DNA from: an uncultured virus (IMG/VR IMGVR_UViG_3300003860_000003)
Taxonomy: Duplodnaviria > Heunggongvirae > Uroviricota > Caudoviricetes
IMG/VR virus record: IMGVR_UViG_3300003860_000003
Location: 113,177 to 133,176 of that record
Reading direction: 5' to 3' (one strand)
DNA: 20,000 nucleotides
The position numbers and the translations under genes are program-made. Numbering within the stretch: position 1 is the first letter of the stretch; the number at the start of each line of letters is the position of its first letter. The notes under the pieces were generated by a model that worked only from the letters and a program-made list of their open reading frames with translations, was not told where the DNA came from and searched no databases. Positions 10,784 to 17,588 of this stretch are shown here, in pieces.

Positions 10784-11614
10784 ATGGCAACCTTTAAAGA
10801 AACATTAACAAAAATTTGGAAATTCTTAAATAGTCCGTTCTTCGCTATTTCAGTTATAATTTTATTGATAATATTTGGTGCAATTACGTGTAATCGAATT
10901 ATGAATCTTAAGCAAGATATTAGCAAAACAGATCAAAACATGCACGCAATGACAGATTCTCTGAAAACTGAAAGAAAAAGAAACGGCGAAATAATTGTTT
11001 CAATTGCAGGGTATATTGCAACTGAAAAAGAACTTAAAACTCTTAATAGAAAACTGTGGGATAAAATTCAAGAACAAGATGGAAGAATTCTTTCTCTTAA
11101 TCATTCAATAGTTCTATTACAACAAGATTCTGCAACTTTAAGAAAACATCTTGTAGAAAAAGATAAACAAATTGCAAAACTACTAAAAATTGATGAAAAC
11201 ACTTATGTTGCTCCTTGGTCTTTAACATATAAATATGATTCAACAAATTATGATATATTTGAAGGAAAAACTTACATAGGTGTACTAAGAAAAGATACTC
11301 TTGAATTAGCTCATATAGATACAGAATTAACAAAAAGATTAACTCAAATAGATTTGACTTGGGGACAAAAAGTTGAAGATAAAATGTTAAGAGTGTTTAT
11401 ACAAAGTAATTATCCAGGATTTAGTGTAAAACAAATGGAAGGTGTATTAATAGACCCTAATTCTAATCCTTGGGTAAAAACACTTACTAAAAAGAAACAT
11501 TGGTTTAATGGATGGAGTATAGGAGTTGGAACAACAAGTGGCTGGGATATAACAAGTGGCAAATTTGGCTGGGTTGTAGGACCTAGTTTTCAATATAGCA
11601 TATATAGTTGGTAA
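10784..11614 (+). CDS. Membrane-anchored coiled-coil protein with C-terminal beta-hairpin (spanin-like candidate)
   Basis: Hydrophobic FFAISVIILLIIFGAITC, a coiled-coil mid region, and C-terminal WSIGVGTTSGWD...GWVVGPSFQYSIYSW ending in Trp. Confidence 0.6.
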   Translation: MATFKETLTKIWKFLNSPFFAISVIILLIIFGAITCNRIMNLKQDISKTDQNMHAMTDSLKTERKRNGEIIVSIAGYIATEKELKTLNRKLWDKIQEQDGRILSLNHSIVLLQQDSATLRKHLVEKDKQIAKLLKIDENTYVAPWSLTYKYDSTNYDIFEGKTYIGVLRKDTLELAHIDTELTKRLTQIDLTWGQKVEDKMLRVFIQSNYPGFSVKQMEGVLIDPNSNPWVKTLTKKKHWFNGWSIGVGTTSGWDITSGKFGWVVGPSFQYSIYSW

Positions 11615-11635
11615 TAAATAAAATAAAAATATAAA

Positions 11636-13414
11636 ATGGCATCAAATATAAGTAAATATATCCAATTAAATGATTTTCTTCTTCTTGAATACGAATTCAA
11701 TAAAGATGCTGTTGAAACATCATTAACATCGGCCAGTGTTGTTGTAACAACACTTGGAACTAAATATTTTTATGAAGGAGATGCTGCTTTAGGTGGAACA
11801 AATAATATTTTACCCTTAAATTCAGTACCTACTAATTCTCAGCGAACTACTTGGTTTTTTGATGCTTCTGTGTATTTAACTACATATCCTCCTTATTTTA
11901 CTTCTGTTACTCCTACAACTACTACAACATATACTTATGATACTGTTAAAATTCATATTGTATCGGGATATAATTTTGATGATATAGGTGGATTTCTTCT
12001 TCAATTGAGAGCACTTGATACAGCTGGTGCTTTAGTTGATTTAGCAAACTTTACATATGCAAAACAATCGCAAACATTTGGAACTAATGTTATAAAATTT
12101 GCAACTAATACATTGTTCCTCGGAAACAGATTTTATGATAAATATATAGAATTTAAAGTTCCTTGCGTTCAAGCATTAGGCGGAGATGTAGCTACAGATT
12201 TAGGACAAGCACTTCAAATTACATCTTTAAGTGATGTATATGCTACATATAGTACAATATTTGATATCGTTAGTAATCAATTTACTGTAGATGAAATAAT
12301 AAATGTTCAACTTCCAGTATCAAGTGTTGCAGATAATTTTAATTGTTTTATTGCTGAATCAACTGCTGGAGATTATATAGAGTATTATGCTACATGGAAT
12401 AATTTAATAATAGGAAATTATATGGGTGATATTGAAAGTGGAAGAATAAAATTATACACTTCAAATAATCCAAATGATAATTATAATTCATTTGTAGACA
12501 TATATGGAATGGGAACAAGTAAATGGATAATTATTCATGAAATTTCTGTATATGAACAATTAGCAGGCGCTGGAGGAACATCATTATTAACACAAAAATA
12601 TTCTTTTACTCAAGATGCAGATTTTTCAATTGCAAATTATTTTCGTCCTATTCTTAGAAATGCTGATATTGATGCATCTTATACAATTCAATATACATGT
12701 AGATTAACAAATAGAATGGATGGAACTCAAATTATTAGAAAAGCATCATTTTCTTCGCCAAATCCTAAAAAATATGGATTAAGATTTACTAGATTAAATG
12801 TAGATAATTTAATACCCTATAAAATATTTAATAGAATAGAAGCAGAAAAACCGAATATAAATATGGGATCGGGCCTTGAAAAAACTAAATATGTTAAAGT
12901 ATTTTATGATACTACAACAGTATTACTAAATGCTTTCAATGAAGTATTTCCTGCAGGAACAGGACCATTATTCTTAAAATCATATGATTCAGATTATAAA
13001 TTTAAATTTGAAAAACTTGACTCAAATAATAACAAAATAAATGTTGATTTATCTGGTGCGTATAACTATGCATTATTATTTAAATTTGACGATGGAAGTA
13101 AACTTGAAAGACCTCCAACATATTCTTCAAATATGAATACAACAATAGGAGAAATTGAATTTAAATTAACTGAAGATGAATTATTTAAATTGAAACAACA
13201 AACGAATAACAAGTATTCTATTATAATTAAAAATCCTAATGGAACTTCATACACATTTTATGAAGGAGTTTATTATGATATCTCTAATCAAGATCAAATA
13301 ATAGCAAATTATAATAGTCTATATACAGTTACAGATTTACAAACTAAAATAGCTGAATTAGAAGCTACAGTTACACAGCTAACAAGCGAAAATGCAGCAT
13401 TAAAAACCAAATGA
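11636..13414 (+). CDS. Hypothetical protein, probable virion structural protein with C-terminal leucine-zipper-like coil
   Basis: 592-aa ORF ending DLQTKIAELEATVTQLTSENAALKTK. Its stop overlaps the next start (ATGA at 13411-13414). Confidence 0.6.
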   Translation: MASNISKYIQLNDFLLLEYEFNKDAVETSLTSASVVVTTLGTKYFYEGDAALGGTNNILPLNSVPTNSQRTTWFFDASVYLTTYPPYFTSVTPTTTTTYTYDTVKIHIVSGYNFDDIGGFLLQLRALDTAGALVDLANFTYAKQSQTFGTNVIKFATNTLFLGNRFYDKYIEFKVPCVQALGGDVATDLGQALQITSLSDVYATYSTIFDIVSNQFTVDEIINVQLPVSSVADNFNCFIAESTAGDYIEYYATWNNLIIGNYMGDIESGRIKLYTSNNPNDNYNSFVDIYGMGTSKWIIIHEISVYEQLAGAGGTSLLTQKYSFTQDADFSIANYFRPILRNADIDASYTIQYTCRLTNRMDGTQIIRKASFSSPNPKKYGLRFTRLNVDNLIPYKIFNRIEAEKPNINMGSGLEKTKYVKVFYDTTTVLLNAFNEVFPAGTGPLFLKSYDSDYKFKFEKLDSNNNKINVDLSGAYNYALLFKFDDGSKLERPPTYSSNMNTTIGEIEFKLTEDELFKLKQQTNNKYSIIIKNPNGTSYTFYEGVYYDISNQDQIIANYNSLYTVTDLQTKIAELEATVTQLTSENAALKTK

Positions 13415-13881
13415 AATTAGTTAGAGAATATATAAACGAAAAGTTTAAAGAAGAATCGGATCCAATAAAAGACATGGATATTGGAATGATGCATAAAATA
13501 AAAGAATTTGTAAAAAAACTTACAAAATCAGATTATGTTGATATTGATACTTGTTTATTATACTGTGCTAAACAAAATAAAGAAGATTATGTAAAATATT
13601 TAATTGAAAACGGCGCAGATATAAATGCGTATAGAGGATCAGTTATAGAGTGGGTAGTTCTTAATAAAAATTTAGAATTAGCAAAATGGCTAATAGAAAA
13701 AGGAGCAAATTTACATCTTTCTATACACTATGGCATCCTAAACACTGCAAAAAGTAATGAAGATGAAGATATGATTAAATTATTAAAAGATAATGGCGCT
13801 GAAGAGTTTACAAGTAGACAATTGGCAAAGAAACTTAAAGCTCACGGAAGAGAATTGTATAAAATAAATAAAGAAATGTAA
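13411..13881 (+). CDS. Ankyrin-repeat protein carrying the EESDPIKD leader
   Basis: Three ankyrin-type units (VKYLIENGADIN, AKWLIEKGANLH, IKLLKDNGA) follow MKLVREYINEKFKEESDPIKDMDIG. Confidence 0.85.
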   Translation: MKLVREYINEKFKEESDPIKDMDIGMMHKIKEFVKKLTKSDYVDIDTCLLYCAKQNKEDYVKYLIENGADINAYRGSVIEWVVLNKNLELAKWLIEKGANLHLSIHYGILNTAKSNEDEDMIKLLKDNGAEEFTSRQLAKKLKAHGRELYKINKEM

Positions 13882-13891
13882 CATGAATATA

Positions 13892-15037
13892 TTAAGCGCA
13901 ATATAATTTAATGAATTTATTATATTTTTTATTAGTTATCATAATATATTTGAAGCCATTAGAAATAGTGGCTTTTTTCTTTGCAATATCTTGTTTTTTA
14001 AATCTTTTATAATAATAACTACTTTTACATTCGATAACTAAATTTAATGATGGAATAAAAAAATCAGCATGATATATTCTATTTTTATTATTTAATTTAT
14101 ATGGAATTGATGGGCCTCTTTGTATATCTGGAAATTTATCATAATATTTATTAATAAAATCTAATTCATAAGAACCTTGATACCAAATATTTGTATTTTT
14201 AAATTGAAACACTTTAAATGCTTTTTTCTGAGCATTTAAAAAAATCTCTTTGTTTTGAAAATGGTGAGTAACTCCATATTTTTCTAGATTTGTTTTTATT
14301 ATTTTATTTTGTGTTTCTTCTAATTGAGATATATTTTCAACACCATATTTATTTAACATAGAATTTATCATTAATTCTTTATTTTGAAAATTATATTCAT
14401 ATCCTGTGGTTTCCTTTGTTGTTTTTTTAATTTTTTCTTTTATTTTTTCGTTTTGAGAAGGGCACTCAACCCCATATTTTTTTATATTTATTTCTTTAAC
14501 TTTATTCATAAGGGATTCAGATTGCCAAGTATATTCGGCTCCATATTTTTCTTTCATTGTTTTTCTTCCTCGTGTCTGTATTTCTAATGATTGCAATGGA
14601 TTTTCAACTCCAAAATGTTTTAAACAAGTTTGTTTTGATTTTTCTCTAACATCTTTATTTTCTATAGCATTTTTAACACCATATTTTTCAAAACATGTAT
14701 TTTCATATTTTTCTCTAACTTCTTTTATTTGCATAACATTTTCTACACCAAATTTTTTTAATAGTGTGTTTGCTTGTAATTGATGTCTTAATATATTAGC
14801 ACATTTTATTGAACAGGTTTTCTTATATCCTCTGTCCCATCTATTTAAATATGGATTTTTATTTCCACATATGGGACAAATATCTTCATTTTCTTCTTTT
14901 AGATATTTGTCGTAATATTCTTTTTTATTTTGATGAATAACACCAATATGTTTGGATAATCCATCTAATTTGATATATGTTTTATTACATTCTTCACATA
15001 TAAATTCGTTGTTTTGATTTTTAATCGGATTCTTCAT
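13892..15037 (-). CDS. Free-standing homing-endonuclease-like protein: C2H2 Zn finger, CxxC module, eight KYG repeats, PD-(D/E)xK (TnsA-N-like) nuclease
   Basis: FICEECNK...LSKHIGVIH; CPICG...TCSIKC; repeats of type KYGVENxxQ; C-terminal GSYELDF...YHADFFIPSLNLVIECKS. Antisense to the surrounding operon. Confidence 0.75.
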   Translation of the reverse strand: MKNPIKNQNNEFICEECNKTYIKLDGLSKHIGVIHQNKKEYYDKYLKEENEDICPICGNKNPYLNRWDRGYKKTCSIKCANILRHQLQANTLLKKFGVENVMQIKEVREKYENTCFEKYGVKNAIENKDVREKSKQTCLKHFGVENPLQSLEIQTRGRKTMKEKYGAEYTWQSESLMNKVKEINIKKYGVECPSQNEKIKEKIKKTTKETTGYEYNFQNKELMINSMLNKYGVENISQLEETQNKIIKTNLEKYGVTHHFQNKEIFLNAQKKAFKVFQFKNTNIWYQGSYELDFINKYYDKFPDIQRGPSIPYKLNNKNRIYHADFFIPSLNLVIECKSSYYYKRFKKQDIAKKKATISNGFKYIMITNKKYNKFIKLYCA

Positions 15038-15056
15038 AAATATATAGATTATAGTA
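15038..15056. repeat. 19-bp direct repeat copy 1 (AAATATATAGATTATAGTA), upstream of endonuclease 1
   Basis: Exact match to 17457-17475. Abuts the start codon of the minus-strand endonuclease. Confidence 0.8.
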
Positions 15057-15063
15057 TTATATA

Positions 15064-15071
15064 GATATATA
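15064..15071 (+). promoter_or_regulatory. Candidate late promoter RATATATA
   Basis: GATATATA 16 nt before the ATG at 15088, where + transcription resumes after an antisense gene. Confidence 0.45.
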
Positions 15072-15087
15072 TTAAAAAAGTTTTAAA

Positions 15088-15675
15088 ATGTCAATACTTA
15101 ATAGTAAGCTAAATCAATTTAGTATATGGTTTCCTAAAGATTTCTTTTATCCAGAAATAAGAGAAAGATGGACTCCTGTTGTTAAACGATTAAAATTACA
15201 ATATCAATCTCTTGAAGATTTTTTTAATGCATCTGTTCAAGCTGTTACATTTCCTGAAGTTATTTTAGGTGGAGCTATACAACCACAAACAATGTTTCAA
15301 ATTAAATATCGTGGAGGAAAAGAACTTGAACCTATACTTGATAAAAATATTACAGTAACTTTTAAATTAACTGAAGGATTTATTACATATTGGATGTTAT
15401 TTGAACAAATAGAATATTTTCAACAATATTATGAAACAAATCCTTTCTGGCCATCAATGTATATTAGTTTTCTCGATCATCATGGATTTGAATTACTTGC
15501 ATTTGAATTTCAAAAAATAGTTCCTAACGCGTTATCTCAATTTAATATAAGCTATGCAACGAATGCTGCCGATTTTAATACATTTACATTAAATCTAACA
15601 TACAATAGATATAAAATAAGTCGAAGATTAGATAATTCGATGAGTACCGCAGGAATATCAAGTAATGATCTATGA
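15088..15675 (+). CDS. Tail tube-fold protein, T4 gp3 (tail completion)/gp19/gp54-like
   Basis: SVQAVTFPEVILG...IKYRGG...NITVTFKLTEGFITYWMLFEQI...FNTFTLNLTYNRY resembles the layout and size (195 aa) of T4-type tube-fold proteins. Recognised by eye. Confidence 0.55.
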   Translation: MSILNSKLNQFSIWFPKDFFYPEIRERWTPVVKRLKLQYQSLEDFFNASVQAVTFPEVILGGAIQPQTMFQIKYRGGKELEPILDKNITVTFKLTEGFITYWMLFEQIEYFQQYYETNPFWPSMYISFLDHHGFELLAFEFQKIVPNALSQFNISYATNAADFNTFTLNLTYNRYKISRRLDNSMSTAGISSNDL

Positions 15676-16229
15676 AAGCACAATATATAACTGAAAAATT
15701 TAAAGAAGAATCAGATCCTATCAAAGATATGGGCATTGGTATTAAACCCGAAGAAATTATAGAACAATTTATACATATAATTGATAAAAGATATGATACA
15801 GAATTTGATTATGATAAAATATCTATGACATCAGGAGATTCTAATGATATTTACTATATAACTTGTTGGGATTCTGATTTTGAAGACATAGATATTTATT
15901 TCGCAGAATCTGTTGAAGCAGCAGAAGACATAATAGCAGAACATTCATTAACTAATTTAAAACCAGAAATAGGTTGGTTTGTAATATCTCAGGCTGATGA
16001 TACTGCGGGTCCACTTTATTCTCTTCCAAATAATTTAAAACCAATAATTAGAGAATTAGACATAATACGTTATGGAAGTGAAAGATATTTATCAGATAAA
16101 ATAAAACAATTACAAAAAGAATTAAAAAAAACAAATAGCATTAAAAAAACAATTATATGGACGCTAAATAAAGAATATATAAATAAAAATATATTATCAT
16201 GGAAAAATTTCCGACATATAACGATTTAA
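15672..16229 (+). CDS. Acidic hypothetical protein carrying the EESDPIKD leader; true end may be 16167
   Basis: Starts MKAQYITEKFKEESDPIKDMGIG with an ATGA overlap. Removing one A from the A8 run at 16124-16131 gives ...ELKKQIALKKQLYGR* ending at 16167. Confidence 0.7.
   Translation: MKAQYITEKFKEESDPIKDMGIGIKPEEIIEQFIHIIDKRYDTEFDYDKISMTSGDSNDIYYITCWDSDFEDIDIYFAESVEAAEDIIAEHSLTNLKPEIGWFVISQADDTAGPLYSLPNNLKPIIRELDIIRYGSERYLSDKIKQLQKELKKTNSIKKTIIWTLNKEYINKNILSWKNFRHITI
16174..16181 (+). promoter_or_regulatory. Candidate late promoter RATATATA (overlaps a TATAAATA)
   Basis: GAATATATAAATA 17 nt before the ATG at 16199. Confidence 0.45.
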
Positions 16230-16525
16230 AATATTCAACAACTTCAAAGATATTTGAATCTGAAGATATTAAAGGATTAACTGCTACTCAAATTCAAGAA
16301 GCTGAAAGAACTTATAATCTTATTGTAGATAAACTTGAAAAGGGCGAAGAAATAGACGAAGGAATTTTCACAGGTTTATTAGGAGCCGGTGTTGGCGCTC
16401 TTGCTGGTCCAGCAATTGGAAAAGCTATTTGTAAAGTTCTTGGAATAGAAGAAACAGGAGTATTAGGAAAATTAATGACAAGTCGTCTTGTTACTGCTGC
16501 AATGGGCTATGCTCTCGCTCGTTAA
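16199..16525 (+). CDS. Small protein with acidic pro-region and glycine-zipper hydrophobic C-terminal half
   Basis: EEIDE followed by GIFTGLLGAGVGALAGPAIGKAICKVLG (GxxxG repeats). AATATATA motif 17 nt upstream. Confidence 0.75.
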   Translation: MEKFPTYNDLKYSTTSKIFESEDIKGLTATQIQEAERTYNLIVDKLEKGEEIDEGIFTGLLGAGVGALAGPAIGKAICKVLGIEETGVLGKLMTSRLVTAAMGYALAR

Positions 16526-17432
16526 AATTTTTATAATTTTTATTTAAAATTAAACTATAGCTATAACCGTTATTAATTACTGCGCGTTCTTTTACGTAAC
16601 ACTTATCTTTATATTTATTATAATAATACAAACTTTTTATCTCAATTATAAGATTTAAAGAAGGTATGTAAAAATCTGGAAAGTATATTCTATTTTTTCC
16701 TTTAAATTTATATTTAATTACAGGCCCATTAATAATATCAGGATATTTATCATAAAATGTTTCTAAGAAATCTAATTCATATGACCCTCTATAATAAATA
16801 TCAGTATTTCTATAATTATTAGATAAAAAGCCAGACATTTGTTGTTTTTTATAAATTTCAGGACATTGCATAACATTTTCTACATTATATTTATTAAGTA
16901 TAGAAATTTTCATTTTTTGTTTGTCTTTTAATACAGTACTATATCCATACTTATTTTGTGTAGTTTTATTTCGTTTTTCAGTATTATTATAATTTTCATC
17001 ATTATATTTTTCTTTCTTTGTTTTTTTGATTTTTAATACTACTTCTTTTGATTGTGAAGGATATTCTACATTTAATTTTTTAATATTTGTTATTTTCATT
17101 TTTTCTTTTATATCAGCTCTTTGAAATTGATTTTCTATTCCATATTTAATTTTCATTTTTTGAGATTTCTTTTTATAGGAATATAAATTTATATGTTTTT
17201 TACAACACCCAGGTTTGTATCCATAAAATAATGATATAAAAGGCGCATCATTATTACAAATTTTACATTTATCTTCGTTCTCTTCTTTTCTGTAAATATC
17301 ATAATATATTTTTTGAGATATTAGTTTATGTGAATGCCTAATATGATTTCGTAAACCTTGATAAGATGCAAATGTTCGTTCACATTCTTCACATATAAAA
17401 AGGTCATCTTTTGTTTTTCTAAATTCTTTCAT
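16491..17432 (-). CDS. Second homing-endonuclease-like protein, paralogue of 13892..15037 with five KYG repeats
   Basis: FICEECER...LRNHIRHSH; KEENEDKCKIC; GSYELDF...YFPDFYIPSLNLIIEIKS. Antisense. Its 3' end overlaps the neighbouring gene by 35 nt. Confidence 0.75.
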   Translation of the reverse strand: MKEFRKTKDDLFICEECERTFASYQGLRNHIRHSHKLISQKIYYDIYRKEENEDKCKICNNDAPFISLFYGYKPGCCKKHINLYSYKKKSQKMKIKYGIENQFQRADIKEKMKITNIKKLNVEYPSQSKEVVLKIKKTKKEKYNDENYNNTEKRNKTTQNKYGYSTVLKDKQKMKISILNKYNVENVMQCPEIYKKQQMSGFLSNNYRNTDIYYRGSYELDFLETFYDKYPDIINGPVIKYKFKGKNRIYFPDFYIPSLNLIIEIKSLYYYNKYKDKCYVKERAVINNGYSYSLILNKNYKNFNEREHSPLQQ

Positions 17433-17456
17433 TATTTCTATCCTTTATTTTAATTA

Positions 17457-17475
17457 AAATATATAGATTATAGTA
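17457..17475. repeat. 19-bp direct repeat copy 2 (AAATATATAGATTATAGTA), upstream of endonuclease 2
   Basis: Exact match to 15038-15056. Lies 24 nt from the endonuclease start codon. Confidence 0.8.
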
Positions 17476-17552
17476 GGACAGCATTTTATTCTATCCGAAT
17501 GTTGATTAATGCTGAAACATTAATCTAACTACTATATTTTATATATCTATAT
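17461..17552. ncRNA. Putative structured RNA / nested inverted-repeat element (three-way junction)
   Basis: TATAGTAG(17469-76)/CTACTATA(17529-36); GATTAATG(17504-11)/CATTAATC(17518-25); CAGCATT(17479-85)/AATGTTG(17498-504); outer ATATAGAT(17461-68)/ATCTATAT(17545-52). Confidence 0.45.
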
Positions 17553-17561
17553 TTTTTATTA

Positions 17562-17569
17562 AATATATA
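17562..17569 (+). promoter_or_regulatory. Candidate late promoter RATATATA
   Basis: AATATATA 19 nt before the ATG at 17589. A divergent GATATATA lies on the minus strand at 17540-17547. Confidence 0.45.
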
Positions 17570-17588
17570 AAATAAATTATTATTTTTA

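Noticed and set aside
13427..15689. AATATATA inside the leader codons (13427-13434 and 15682-15689) as embedded promoters
   Set aside because: Explained by E/Q-Y-I codons in an AT-rich genome. The third leader has AACATATA, and the motif also occurs by chance in other coding regions.
13892..17432. Nucleases as Tn7 TnsA transposon parts, IS elements or intron-encoded ORFs
   Set aside because: No TnsB/TnsC, terminal inverted repeats or target duplications seen. Flanking genes appear intact and no group I intron core is evident.
17461..17552. Hammerhead ribozyme or tRNA
   Set aside because: No CUGAnGA core with a correctly placed GAAA, and no cloverleaf or T-loop consensus.
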